DNA of 62,603 bases, the filler included, from Sphacelaria rigidula (Eukaryota): the NCBI GenBank assembly GCA_964200075.2. It is 8 parts of 8 records of this genome, joined end to end, with 100 filler letters (N's around TTAATTAATTAA, not from the genome) between each part and the next. Parts side by side here need not be neighbours in the genome. Positions count along the whole stretch, not along the records: positions 47,030 to 54,766 come from CAXNAA020013621.1; positions 54,867 to 62,603 come from CAXNAA020013622.1; 6 more parts are not named here. One strand, 5' to 3'. The translations under genes were made by a program, and so were the position numbers. Below the pieces are notes generated by a model, which saw only the letters and a program-made list of their open reading frames with translations, was not told the DNA's origin and ran no database searches. Shown here piece after piece: positions 48,971 through 61,851 of the stretch; within the stretch, counting starts at the first letter, position 1; each line of letters starts with the position of its first letter.

Positions 48971-51291
48971 ATAATATTTGGTCAATAGCTGCAATAGAAA
49001 AGAAGTGTATTTCGTCAAGTATGTAGCCTATTATGCCTACTTCAATATGTGGTCATTAGTTGCGATAGGCGATTCTTTTACGCAACATACTTTTTTCTCA
49101 TCGCAACTATGGAGCACATGTTGTCCAGGGGGTCAGAAGAAAAAAAAAAAGTCGACGAGGTTATTTTCCGGTGGCACGACTGTCCGCGACGTAGCCTAAT
49201 TAAACCGCACGTTTGAGTTATAAAACCGAAGTTGTAACTTCTTTTTTTCGGCTCTTGCCCTACTATGATGAGGGTCCCCATATAGTGTGGTGGATCGCCA
49301 GCGCCGGTGATAACCACGTTGTACTGGGACCTCTGTATGCGATCGATGGTTGAGGAGCTTAGCCTATTGATTGCCGCAAATTGACTGGTCCCCAAGTAAT
49401 CCAAGCGTGGTCATTAGATAGCGACGTGATATATCCGAGGCAAATAAAACGAAAGAAAGTCGCTCCAGGGAACGAGCTCAGGAGCGGCAAAATATGGAGA
49501 AACAGATGAACATATATATATATATATATATACGTATACAAGGTTCCCCTTCGGGAGGTTGGTACGGGTCTCCCGGGGGTGACGCAAGTCGAAAATATAT
49601 GGTTAAGAGAGACTGTTGTATTTCAATGTAAAATAGTGGTCGTGGGTGTACAAAACATCGCATGTGTTATCGGATGCCGTTCGGAAATATGGGATTTTGG
49701 GCGGAGGCTGACGGCGGAATCGCCGGCGTAGGACATGTATGTGTGGTATTTCCGAGGTGCCAGAGTGCGAAGTAGCTCTCGTGCCACGAAGACATGACAG
49801 CGAGAGGCACTCCCGAAAAAATGGAATGCGTGAAACATTCTTGGCATATTCTTTGTACATCACTGTGGCTTCCACATCACGGGGCCTTTTTTATAAACAG
49901 GGTGATTGTTTTTGCGGCAAAACGTTCCTGTGCTGCCGTGCTGTGTGCCTTGTTCGACTCGCCAACGGCCCTTTGCACGGTCTCGTGTTTGCTGCTGACT
50001 AAGGCCAAGGCAAGGTTCACTTGTTTTCGACTGCTTTGCTCTAATGTTCTCGTGAAATTGGCGTCTTAACTGGGTTTTTCGTGCTCCCAAATAAACGAGA
50101 ACGCGACAAGGAGAAACACGGGGAAATAACACCCCGCCAAAAGTAATCCTGTTAGAAGATTTCCATGATGTTCAAGAGGCTTTTGCGGATCGGGTTGTTG
50201 TTTCAAGTTTCCCATAATGTTGAAAGGACTTTGCGGTTCGGGATCGACTCCCCGCGAAAAAGGGCCAGTTTGAGCGACTTTCGGTGGCCAGAACACGCGC
50301 CACAGGTATTGGATGACACCCAAACCTGACCGGTAATGTACCCCTAAGCCTTCTGAGTGCGCTGCAAAAGATAGCGTGGGAAAAAATGCCTTGCCGCCAG
50401 AGAAAACTCGGCTAACGTGGTGAAAAATGTGAAATGATACATATATGTATACGTATTGAACTACAGGATACAGGTAAGTCATGCCACGGTAGAGGTTGGA
50501 CATCTTGGACCAGATGGTCCTCATCGAGGGGGCTTCGAAGGTGAAGAGCTACACAAGAATATGGGTCGGGACATTCCCGCCTCAATCAATTTGAGATGCA
50601 CAGTATGTACAGTATATCCCTACAATCGTCCATTTTCCTTTTTTCAGAATATTTTTTGGATGAGATGACGGGCTCTTAACAATTCAAACCTGAGAAAAAT
50701 ATACTTCGTACATATTTTGTTCAAGCCTACCGCAGCATGAGGGATATGTTGAAATTATTCTATATTATATTAGTATAGCGGATCGTTTTGTGACGAGTGA
50801 TGTTGACCACACTGATATGGCACCCCCACGCACTGTGGCGGGGCCTTCGTTGTATTTCTGTAGCACCGGAATGAATGCCTGCTCCCCACTGCAGAGTTCA
50901 TCACCTGGTCGGATGGAACTTTCCCGGAATTTTGTTAGTTGATTTGAGTGCGGACACCGATATTCGGATCTTCAGTGGGGCTGACGATCCCTCGTGCTCC
51001 TAGCGTGCGCAGAATGCGTTTTTGTTTTAATGGGCGCCGTGTCGAGGTTTACCAACGTCACACTTCGTCCAGGAAGCACGTTGCACCCCCCTCGCCCGAG
51101 GGTTCTCGGTGTGCCTTGGGTTTGGGCCAGGGTTAGTGTTAGCCTTCGTTCGAGGTCACACATTTTCCGAGAATTGTCTTGTCCGACCAAGGGGGAAACT
51201 GGCCTCGCTCCCCACCCACCGACCCCGTATGTTCATTTTATTCCCTCTCCTCTTGCTGTTTTTGCTCTTGAATCAAATGACAACGACAACA

Positions 51292-51471
51292 GTTCATATC
51301 CCCCCGGGAGCGTTCCTCGTCGAGGACATTCATCTGGCCCCGGGCAAAAAGGTCCCCGCCGGCTCGAAGCTGATCTGCGTAGATGATATCGCCACCGGAG
51401 ATATGAATTTCGGGCAGGCTAGGCTTGTAGCCCTGGCAGCGGGCGTGAATGCTACCCTCATCTTCAGTTAG
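51292..51471 (+). CDS. Possible terminal exon encoding a PDZ-like C-terminal half
   Basis: Pyrimidine tract and CAG acceptor. GSKLICVDDIATGDMNFGQARLVALAAGVNATLIFS resembles the PDZ GDxIxxVNG...A...L...L.F pattern. A probable upstream exon lies near 51046-51130. Confidence 0.35.
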   Translation, partial: VHIPPGAFLVEDIHLAPGKKVPAGSKLICVDDIATGDMNFGQARLVALAAGVNATLIFS

Positions 51472-51906
51472 CGGGGGCCAACGAGCTCTATTGCGAGCAT
51501 GTCAAAAGGCTTCCAGGGTGCATCCGCGTGTGTAATATGATTGATGCTCTAGAGGTTTCAAGTATATTGAAAGTAAGACACGCTGTGGGGGAACAACGGG
51601 ATCGATTTCATGTTTTTGCGCCCCGTAGTATTCGTTCCGCCTGAATTTTATGTAGTAGTGTTTATTTTCTAGCATCTGCGGTGTCAAGAACGGATTCGGA
51701 TCTTCATTAACGGCTTTTGCTTGATTTTTTCCCCACACGGTTCCGTCGGATGGAGGGGGGGGGGGGAGTGCTGTGTCACAGAGCGCCGCCACAGGCGCTC
51801 CGCGACGCGTTTTTACTCGAATAGGCGCCTGAACGCACACGTGAATTATGTAACTGTAATTCACCCGCTTTGCCCGAGGGTTTACGTGTCTGCTTTCGTG
51901 GAGGTG

Positions 51907-52005
51907 AGCGTTAGCGTTAGCGTTAGCGTTAGCGTTAGCGTTAGCGTTAGCGTTAGCGTTAGCGTTAGCGTTAGCGTTAGCGTTGGCGTTGGCGTTGGCG
52001 TTGGC
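51907..52005. repeat. Microsatellite (TTAGCG)12(TTGGCG)3
   Basis: Read directly from the sequence. Confidence 0.97.
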
Positions 52006-52589
52006 ATTGTGTAGTTGGGTTAACATGTATGAAAATTTGGATCTGATTTCCATGACCCAGATGGTAAAGTACGTTAGCGTTGTGATGAAATTGGGATAAC
52101 CTGTGTAATGACCCGGAACTGATTTTCATACCCCAGAACCCCAGCATTTTAAAGTACAGTGCCCTCCACTTTTTGCTTTTGGACCGGGTCGGGGCTAGCG
52201 CGAGGTGGTCGTGTTTTTGTAAAAAGTTGTCAGGCTGTATTGTAGGATGAGACGGACGGCCATCGTGGTGAGTGGTTTTGTTGTTGTTGTTGTTGTTATT
52301 GTTGTTGTTTTTTCGTCCTCTCTCTCTCTGTCTCTCTCGACTTCGAGTAGTTATCACATGAACGAAGTGGAGATGGTGATGAACAGTTCAGACATCCTTT
52401 CGTTTTGAAGCCGTCGGCCGGCCGGTCGTTGTTGCGTTGTAGATGTTCGTTCGTCACGACGACCCCCTTTGGCGTGCCGTATCTATTGGAGTTTCACCTC
52501 CACCCTACCCCACCCCCTCCCCTTCTCCCCAAGTTTTAGTATGTGTCGGGCAAACAAATACGTGAGGGTATGTTCCCCACCCCCTCCCA

Positions 52590-52862
52590 TGTACTCGCTG
52601 GACAATACCAGAAAACGAAGCAACTCATTGGAGACTGTCATCCGAATGCAAGGTGATCAGTGGGCTTCGGACCGAACAGTCGTAGCAGGATCCAGCTTAC
52701 CCTTCATGCGACTCGCCGAGCACATCACGGCGCTTCGCGCTTGGTGATTGAGATCGAGTCTGGTCCGGCGAAAACTCGGCGTGGCCCGTCCCGGCTTTGT
52801 AGGGATGCGAGGTCAACGGTCATATGACCATGGCATGCATGATCATGAGTACACCCCCTCCC
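52590..52862 (+). mobile_element. Family X copy (5'-truncated)
   Basis: Matches about 8585-8845, including CATCACGGCGCTTCGCGCTTGGTGATTGA and GGCTTTGTAGGGATGCGAGGTCAA...ATGAGTAC plus a C-run. Confidence 0.85.
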
Positions 52863-54766
52863 ATGCACCGTGATTCTTACGCAGTTTGAAGTTTCGCCGG
52901 TGAAATAAAGTTCGACTTGCCGGAGCAAATGTCGGTGAAATTGTCGAGAATTCATCCAGAGATGGATCGGATTGCTGAGAGTCGGTGTATCGCATTTCTC
53001 CCGGATGCGAAGTACAGCTATTACCAACAGGGGGTAATTTTCACGCCTGTGATCTACGGTGCCCAGTAGTTAGTGTTGGAGAGCAGTGCAGTGGGACTGC
53101 CAGGGTTTTTATAACAAAAGGTGTTTTCCCCGAAAGTTCTGTCAATACGCGGGGGGCGGGGGCTGGGGGCATGCGCCCTTCATCCCTGGGGCAATAGTGC
53201 CGTTATAGGTGTCCCTGTGGGGTGTAACTTGTGTTGCCGCAAGGGTTGAGGGTCGAGGTCTCTCCATCCCCAAAAAAAGTAGGGTGTTTTTCGCCAGTCG
53301 TTCATCTGCCGTGACATGTGCTGGAAAGGGGCACCGCGTGATGTGATGTATACCCCCCCCCCCCCACCGCCACCACCACCATTCACCACCTTGGCCGTTT
53401 TTCAGCCAACCTATTCCGTGTGTGGTGCTTAGGCGATGGGTGGTGAAACGTTATCGTACACCGGCTGAAGGGGGGGGCAGGGGGGGGCTTTAATTTCGGC
53501 AACATTCGTAAATGGACTAACACTGACGTTCCCGTCTGGCTTATCTAAACAGTATATTTACCTACCTCGAGTACAGCACACGAGTTAGACATGAACTGTC
53601 ACCCACGAGCTCTACACGGGCGAGACACATGACGCACTACAGCAGAACATGATGAGGCGGGGACTTCGTTCGGCTTCGCGATGCTAACGTTGCACCACCG
53701 GAGCACAGGGGCTCAAGTTTCCAACTTTTTAATCCCTGCCGTAGAAGTGTACGTGCGACTCAAGTGTCATGTTTTAAGTAGTTGTCATCCTGTGTGAACT
53801 AGTCCTCTACTGTTCAAGATCGTAGGTCTTCCAAGTGTGGGCTCTAGTGTACAGCAGGGAAGGATCGGTAAAAACGTTATGTTGGGTGCTTTTTGGGGGT
53901 GGACTTGTCCGCGAAGATACCATGATGCTTTCGCTTGATGCGCTGTAACGGTGGACAAGGGGTAGTTGTGGTTATGGTCATGTTACGCCGCGTAATGCTG
54001 TGCGCTATTTGTTGTGTTCAACTTTTTTTTCGTCTTCTGCAAGTGTAATGTCGGAGAGGCGGTGCGATGGGTGCTAGTTATATATATATATATATATATA
54101 CATATTGTCAGAAGGAGGGAGTGCGCTTCGTATCATGATATCCTAAACTTTTTTAATATTGTGCTACTACTACAAGTATGTCATCATCCTGAAGGCTTAG
54201 CCCTGAGAACTGATAGTGCGGCGTTCAGTGATTCAGGATGACGTGCGGTAGGGATCGTGCTATGAAATGTAGTTGTCATCAACTATTTCGGGTGCACCCG
54301 GAGGATGAGCTTTTTGCTGTACGAGTGTGTCAGTGGTGTGGGCTGAGTTGTGTTACTTTCGCTGAGTATATTGCCAGTCCGGAATAACAGCTTGAAGAAC
54401 CTCGAATCTTGCCCCCTGATGCCCTGATGAGGTCAGTGCAGTAGGGAAAAACAAAGGGCGTTAGTCTAGTTGAAAGGTGTACCTTCGCGTTTTTTCGCCC
54501 TGAAAAGGTATTATATTGCACAACTCGACTCATGTCCATGGTCAAAATTACTTGGTTTTAGTGTAATGTATGGTATTCGGATCTTCGAACAGTATTCACA
54601 GTTGCAACGGCACGCCCAGAACGCCGCCCGGCGTTCTCAGCAGAAAATTCGGCCTCAAATTGGTGCCTGCCTCAGCGCCCCGAGTTGATCTCTGCTAGCG
54701 CCAACGCTGCCTAGGGTACTGTACTGCATACACGCACCCCTGTTGTATGTGCCCGAGGGCTCTTTC

Positions 54767-54866
54767 NNNNNNNNNNNNNNNNNNNNNNNNNNNNNNNNNN
54801 NNNNNNNNNNTTAATTAATTAANNNNNNNNNNNNNNNNNNNNNNNNNNNNNNNNNNNNNNNNNNNN
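54767..54866. other. Artificial contig spacer
   Basis: 100-bp N gap with TTAATTAATTAA. Confidence 0.99.
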
Positions 54867-57272
54867 CTTCGTCATAGTGCCCTGAAAATACCCCGTAGCG
54901 TTGAGTACTCCTTGAGGCACGCGCGTAGGCGTGAATAACCCGTCAGGGGTTGCAATAGTGAAGATTTCTTGGGCATCTGCTGCCAACGGCATCTGCCAGT
55001 ATCCCTGCAGCATGTCTACAGTAGCTTTCCAAAACAAGCAGCCCCTAACAAATCCGCCCTCTCCGCTTCTTGGTTTGGCATCACAGTCGGCACTTTCTCA
55101 ATCTGCTTATTGACGGCACGATAATCACTCACTAGCCTGAAACCACCCTTTTTAGGCGTTGCAACAGCCGCGCTTGCCCATACTGCCTGCAAACTGCGAT
55201 ACACGAGCCCGAGCGCCACCAACGTCGCCATGCAACGTGCCAACCATGCCATCTTAACTGGAGAGTATGCTCGCGGCCTAGCCTTAACCACCGTAGCACC
55301 AGGTTTGAATGTCACCTTGAGAGGCTCGACACGAGCGGGCGGATCACCACGTAGCGCTCGCCGAAAAGTATTCGCACGGCGGTTTACAAGCTCGCAAAGC
55401 TATCCCACGCCACTCTCGGACATACCTTTATTTGCAGCTGCTAGTACCGCCTCCTCCAGCGCAACCTTACGCTCAGCCAGCTCTTGCTCGGGGGTCATAC
55501 TTATCTCCGGACCACGCGACACCAAACGCTCGACTGAGGGATTCACGGGCTCCTCCCGATCACCTTGGTGCTGCAGAGCCTCAACCGCGACGTTGATACA
55601 TTCAGGCGTGTCTACACCACGCACCAAAGTGTTTCTCGCCCGCGCACAGGCACCTAAACTACGGTACACGTCGATGCCAAGCTCCTCTAGCATAGGGCTC
55701 CCCATGGTAATGACATCATCGGCATCCGGCATGACCGCATAGGAGCATGGGTCCAATACAACCGGACCCCAGCTGGTGTGCAAAGCGGTGCGGACAGGGC
55801 AAGTTTTCTGCTTCACGCGCTCAACATTGATTGCCATTTGCCAATTTCACCAACTGTTCACCAGCCATCGGTCTCACCACTTGGACATCTGGAACCATGG
55901 CTTGCAATTTCGCCGCCACACCAGCTGACATGGTCGTAAGTCCAGATCCTGAATCTAAAACAGCGGTGACCGGACAAACACCATTTGCGCCTGCACTCGG
56001 GACAGACAAGTGGGCAAGACACCACCTTTCCTCGTGATCTACTTGCAGACCCTCAGATTGAAAACCTGACACCTCACCCGCTTTGAGAGATCTCCATGCT
56101 GGCACCGTCGCAGAGTTCGAACCCGGGAACGAGTGCGATGAGATGGTCTGCTGCACGCCACCAGTAAAAGCGACCGGTTCTGGTGGCGACGTCGCCCCCC
56201 CGCTGGGAGCACTTTGTCCATCGGCTGAAAAGAAAGCCCTTGTAGGGACGGGACTCGTGCCCCCTCCGCGAGGCACCTGTCCAGGGTCCTGCGACAGCTG
56301 CTGTAGTTGCTGCTGCTTGTCGCCAGCCTTCGTCTGCCCACCAGTAGTATGTTGTGTAGCACCAGCCTGGCCTTGCTGCTTTCAATCCTTCCGGAAATGG
56401 CCCTTGTTTCCACATATGAAACATCATGCATAGTTTGGGCCTGGTTTGCGGGTTTTCCCGGAACAGGCAGTCCCATTTCCACTGCTCGCCGTTTTTCCAC
56501 CATTTGGTTGGTGCTTGCTTCAGGAAGTCCCGTTGTCACTCCTTTGTTTCAGCTGCGGCTGCTGACGGCGCTGCAAATCCACCGCTTCGACCGTCTTCCA
56601 TGCCTCCGCTGCTTCCCGAGCCGTGTTAAACACAAGCCCAGGGTCCTCCTTCCACCCCCCCTTCATGTTCAACATGTTGAGGACTTTAGTTTTGAATTCG
56701 GGGGGGGTCAGTCCATTCAACATTTCCCGAGTTATGATTTGAGCGGGTCCTGGTTTGAAATCTGCATCATCGCGGAACGCACGCTCGGCGCTAGTATTCT
56801 CCGCAAAAAATTCCTCCAGGGCACCCCAATGAATTTCCACTCTTCCCATTGCAGTCTGCTCGTTGCGGACCGCCAACGCTTTCCGCACACCAGCAGCAGC
56901 AACTGAAGGATCAATCTCTTCATCCTCCCAACATTTCGCGTGTCGGCCTAATGCCTCCTTGAGATCATCTTCGTCAAGCACGGATCCGTCAAAATCCGTG
57001 CGTGACAAACACGCACGGATGTGCTTCGGCACCAATTCAGTAACAGCCAGTAAGACGGCCTGCATACTACGTCCTCTGTTGTTGATTTTGACCGCCTCTT
57101 CATACTCGACGTGTTTTTGATAAAAACGTCGGGACGCTTTTTCGCTAAAATGCCGTCCGTACTCTGGGGCTTTCAGCGATCCTGCAGGCATAAGCTCAGT
57201 GAACTTAAACTTCACCTCTTCGCCTGCATAGCCATCACCCACTTTCTTGCGCGTTGGCATAGCAGCACGCAA
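54867..57272 (-). mobile_element. Ty3/gypsy gag-PR-RT fragment (decayed), same lineage as the contig-4 element, cut by the contig start
   Basis: Gag 56520..57272; knuckle CFICGNKGHFRKD-stop at 56382-56423; protease VTAVLDSGSG; RT FRRALRGDPPARVEP, FRLVSDYRAVN, DMLQGYWQ and TRVPQG. Confidence 0.93.
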
Positions 57273-57789
57273 CAGTTCCAGCCAACCTAGCCGTCTCTCC
57301 GTTGCCAGCGAGCTCCCTCACGTTACAGAGTGCACACTCCTGCGTTCAAATTTTATATAATTTCTCCGCAGCTGTCCACAGCTGAAAATCTCTTCCAGAT
57401 ACCAGCGGGTTCCTTTTAATAAACGCTTTTTATAGAGCCCTCCTGGACTCAGAACAAGGTCACAAGATTGGTTCAACGGCTTCCTCCCTCACTGGGGCCT
57501 GGAGACTTCAAGACAGTTGTTATTCATAAACACATAGCCTTCGTTATCGGAAGTAACCACATGCATGGAGCATGTGATGTTCAAATCCACATAGTCTGCC
57601 GATCAGACCCGCAAGTCCGTTAACCAGTGGAAAACGCCTACAGCAGATTTTTCCACTTGTAGATCATCATGAACCTGCACGTACGTGTACTGGAGGTGGA
57701 CTACTCTACAGGTCTCAAAGAGTAGAGCAAGTCATTCGAAGGTGTCAACATCCGTACTGCCCTCTTTTCGGGCGTAATACGACGGACAA

Positions 57790-58510
57790 TGTCAGGGAAA
57801 TTGTATGTATGAATGCAAGCAATCAGACACAGATTTACCTTTGTTGACGATTGCAGCAACTAGTCTCAGTCTGGGCAGTAGCAGCAGTAGCAGTACAGGT
57901 GCAACCAAGAGAAGGATCTGACTAGTACACTGGTTTCTGTATCTCCGTAGAACTTGCTGTAAGTATACTGAATTATTCTGGAAACACTTCCAGAACGTTC
58001 TTCGTAGATCTAGATGATTCTGGATTCTGTGTATGTGGGGGAGTGTTGGAATATTCAATGTCAGTCATTGGTAACGACTACTATCTATCGTAGGTTATCA
58101 TAAACAAGTAAGAAATCATTTCAGTGGTCCAGAAATAGTCTGCGGTATATTTTGCGATACATTATGTTTCCAGAACAAGTTGTCGGGGGATTAATCGGGA
58201 GTTATCGCTTGTAATATCCCACGAGTGTTCTAGACGTGTGGAAGTTCTGGAAGTTCATTAGCTGATCGGTAGGCCCGCACACTTGGTGCTCGCCCACCTG
58301 ATCACTCTCCTCTACTACTTCTCTTCTTCATCGCCATGAGCGAATACTTGACTTCGGGAGTCAGTCAATAATAAACATCTTAATTTCTTCAGTCACATTC
58401 TCTGATGGATCGAACCGTGGCCCGAGTGTAATCCTCCGCGGTAGGCTACTCAGTCTACAAAGCACACGCAGCACAGCACCGCTGCAGCTGCAGGACGCTT
58501 TACACTCTCA
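57790..58510 (+). repeat. LTR copy 1 (721 bp)
   Basis: TGTCAGGG...ACTCTCA; about 5 substitutions against 61852-62572 by eye. Confidence 0.95.
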
Positions 58511-58521
58511 GGTTATGAGCC
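58511..58521 (+). promoter_or_regulatory. Primer-binding site (half-tRNA-iMet type)
   Basis: GGTTATGAGCC directly after the LTR, similar to the GGTTATGGGCCC PBS of copia/Ty5-type elements. Confidence 0.85.
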
Positions 58522-58892
58522 TCGCTTAAACGCGTACACCAGGAGCTGCGGACATCACGGGGAGGTCAAGACAAGCCTTCTCACTGAATATCAAACTTGG
58601 TCTGTGGACAACGAGAAATTTGGTCTCGGGGATCTTCCGAGATTGCGTTGCCGTCAGCGGTCAACGGCAACAAAAGTAAACGCGCAAATTTGGTCATCTA
58701 CACCAGGATGCTGGGAATTCACCTTTGATATACACACATCACCACTACTGCGGCAGTACTGGGTGCATCTGTGGTGAGCCATCAGCAAGTTTGCGTCGCG
58801 TGGGAAAGCCTCGAGTTTCGTACACTTCGAGCAAGTTCTTTTGCGGCAGGAGGAAACACGACTACTGGTGTATCTACACAGCAGTGTAAAAG

Positions 58893-59370
58893 ACGATCAA
58901 CAACCAGAGTCTTCTACATCGTTAGCAGGAGTGGGATCAGGGAAAAGACGATCAACAACCGGAGTCCTCTAATCGTTAGCACAAGCGGGATCGGGAAAAT
59001 ACGATCAACAACCGGAGTCCTCTACATCGTTAGCAGGAGCGGGATCGGGAGAATACGATCAACAACCGGAGTCCTCTACATAGTTGGCAGGAGCGGGATC
59101 GGGAAGACGACCAACAACCGGAGTCCTCCATATCACTAGCAGGAGCGGGATCGGGAGAATACGATCAACAACCGGAGTCCTCTACATCGTTAGCAGGAGC
59201 GGGATCAGGAAGACGACCAACAACCGGAGTTCTCTACATCACTAGCAGGAGCGGGGTCGGGAGAATACGATCAACAATTGCAGTCCTCTACATCGTTAGC
59301 AGGAGCGGGATCGGGAAGACGACCAACAACCGGAGTTCTCTATATCACTAGCAGGAGCGGGATCGGGAAG
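58893..59370 (+). repeat. Tandem array of nine 52-55-bp units in the element leader
   Basis: Unit ACGA(T/C)CAACAACCGGAGTCCTCTACATC(GT/AC)TAGCAGGAGCGGGATCGGG.. starts at 58893, 58948, 59001, 59055, 59107, 59161, 59213, 59267 and 59319. Confidence 0.95.
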
Positions 59371-59852
59371 CCTCGGGTACATACTTTACCGCGAGCAATC
59401 ACACTTCTGCGGCAAGAGTTACATCATCTTGCGGCACGCCTGTCCAGCACTTCTGAGTAGTGCTTGGAGGATAGACGTGGCCGGACAGCATGATAAATTG
59501 TTTTGCTGTGGCCAAAATAAAGCCTGCACGCAGCGACGTGTAGCAAGTCGGAGCAGTGCATATCATTGTAGCTGCAAGACGGGGTTGCAGACTAGCTACC
59601 TGCGGCCGGGAGAGCCTGCACGCAGCGACGTGTACCAAGTCTGTCCAGCACTGATTAGTAGTACCTGGGGGGCAGACGGCCAGACAGCGAGAGACTGCTG
59701 GGCCAAAACGGAAGCCTGCAGGAGTAAACTACTACTACTGCTGTAGCAACGAAATCTGGACAGCACTACATTTGCGGGTCCAACGTTTAGCTTGGGGCGT
59801 TGAAACTTGCTTAGGATTATCCTGCGCGCCTGATGCGTAGCACTCAAGCATC

Positions 59853-60140
59853 ATGGACAAGTCGACCAACATGAACAACACACTCAAGACTACCCCCAAG
59901 TTCGGGGATAAGGGTTTTCGTGAGTGGAGCACGGAAGTGAGGATAAGCAGCGATACCATGCCATCATTGGTTCCGTCATGCACTTGGCTCAAATCACCCA
60001 CTACGATATCATGTACTGCGCCAGTCAACTTGCACGGGCGATGTCGAACCTTTCGAAGATCCACATGGGAGCAGCAAAGCATCTTCTTGGCTACCTCTCC
60101 GGGTCTCGGGACTTCAGCATCATGTACAAGAAAGGAGTGA
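59853..60140 (+). pseudogene. Copia gag N-terminal remnant joined to an RT C-terminal remnant
   Basis: LKTTPKFGDKGFREW is gag-like. In another frame, QRYHAIIGSVMHLAQITHYDIMYCASQLARAMS...AAKHLLGYL...YKKG is a copia RT C-terminus. Confidence 0.85.
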
Positions 60141-61383
60141 TTGGACGTCGTACGAGCGGCATGAAGACCCGCCATAACTGAGGTTTTGAAGAAGCCTCGA
60201 AACAGCTAGTGCAGATGCGAATTTGGTAAGGTGCTTGCTGCTGTAGGTACCTCCAGTACTACAGCTGCCGATCTGAGATAAGATGCTCGGGCGTGAATTT
60301 CAAATTGTTTGAGAAGCCCAGAGAAAATGGTGGGAATGCGCGGGGTTTTGTTCGAGACGCATTTGCCGTTTCCCGACCTTCCTGTTGTGACTGATAGGTA
60401 TGCAGTAATCCATACAAGAGAACTGTAGAGTACTACGTTGTCTCATTAGGTGGAGTCGTGAGAACGAGACATCATGAATTTGAGCGTGATGTCAAATATA
60501 CCATACTTTGCCCAGAAGTAAGTCTGACATAGGACGCCATTTTCGGTGCCTATATTTATAATTGTGGTGACTTTGCGTACTGTGCGTCCTCTATACCCGT
60601 GATAAAACGAGGGGGGATGAGCGCTGGGATGCATTTTTCCACGGCTAGACGCTGAGAGTACGAGTGAGTAGGGACCGTGGCTTTCAAACTCGGAATGTTG
60701 GCAATAGTGCGGTAGGGCATCGAGATCTTCTCTTGATCCTGCTCAATGCCGGATTGGGGAGGAAACGTGCCTGGGGACAACCACGACCGCGAAATTGGTG
60801 ATGTTGGGTACTCCAAGCGAAGCTGCAGTGTTCCAGAGGTAGTATTGTTTGCAGGATTTTGTTTCCTCGGTAGGAAAATTCATTCCCCGGATCAAAAGCT
60901 ATATTTTCGCTTCATATTCTGTAGTAACAGACCGGTTAGCTGCAGTTTAGGCAGCAAACTAGGATGATCGATTTTCCGAGGTCATTGTTGAAGCGACGAG
61001 GTATTTTCGTGTTTGATCGTGGCATTAGCGGTAGACTGATATGCAGGTTCTGATCTATATACAGCTTGTTGAGATCGTATGACGTACGCAACAAGGGTTC
61101 TTGAAAATGATTGCTGGATTGTTGAACCTACAAAATTCAGGGATCGCCCTGTTTTGACTTCGCGATTAGGACTGATAGTCATCAATAGTCCAGTATTCGC
61201 TACTACGTAGTTTCAGCAAAACATTTGCGTCGGATAATATACTTCGGTGGTTGGTACATTGATACAACGTATGGTCTAGGCTACAGTATGTCTTTGGATG
61301 AATGTGAACTATTTATTGTTGGAGCAGTATCACGAAACTTTCATTGAGGGGAGTGCTATGGCTTAGCAAAGCTACATGATGCT

Positions 61384-61569
61384 ATGTTCAGCTCTCGTAC
61401 CAAGCACATAGCACCCCGCTACTTCTTCGTGAGGAAGCTCATCAAGCGGAGCCAGATCAGGCTCCATCACCAGCCCAGCGAGAAACAGATCGCTGACTTG
61501 GCAACAAAGCATCTACCGAAGCACCGTTTCACTTCAATTGTGAAACAGATCAAGGACTGCAGTTGTTGA
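61384..61569 (+). pseudogene. Copia RNase H C-terminal remnant
   Basis: SSRTKHIAPRYFFVR...QIADLATKHL. Confidence 0.9.
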
Positions 61570-61851
61570 ATAAAGGACGTGAAACAGTCATGTAGACTTG
61601 GATAGGCGCAAAAGGTCTGCACCGGATAAGTGTTTTTTTGTCTCTTTAGTTCTGATACGTAGCCAACAAAGGGGTCGAGGAGGATGATGACAAGACGAGT
61701 CGTTATATCTGGTGCATTTTTTCCATGATCAGGAATCGGTCGTGTGTGGTAGAATATTTTTGATACGATAGTAGCCAAGGGGTCGAGGCAGTTGACACGC
61801 TTTGCAATGCTCCCTCTATTATCTTAAACTAGTTGCCTGATCGAGGGGTCG

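Noticed and set aside
51502-52053. 183-aa ORF with poly(Asn-Ala)
   Set aside because: It is open only because it reads through the (TTAGCG)n microsatellite.
57792-58058. Duplicated 88-aa ORF (also 61854..62120)
   Set aside because: It is an antisense frame inside the LTRs; the duplication reflects LTR identity and there is no protein motif.
58893-59370. CRISPR-like regular repeat array
   Set aside because: The units are contiguous with no unique spacers, there are no cas genes, and the array lies inside a eukaryotic LTR element.
60170-60215. Hammerhead-like hairpin GAGGTTT..AAGCCTC followed by GAAACAGCT
   Set aside because: There is no CTGANGA core in the right register upstream and no stem I.
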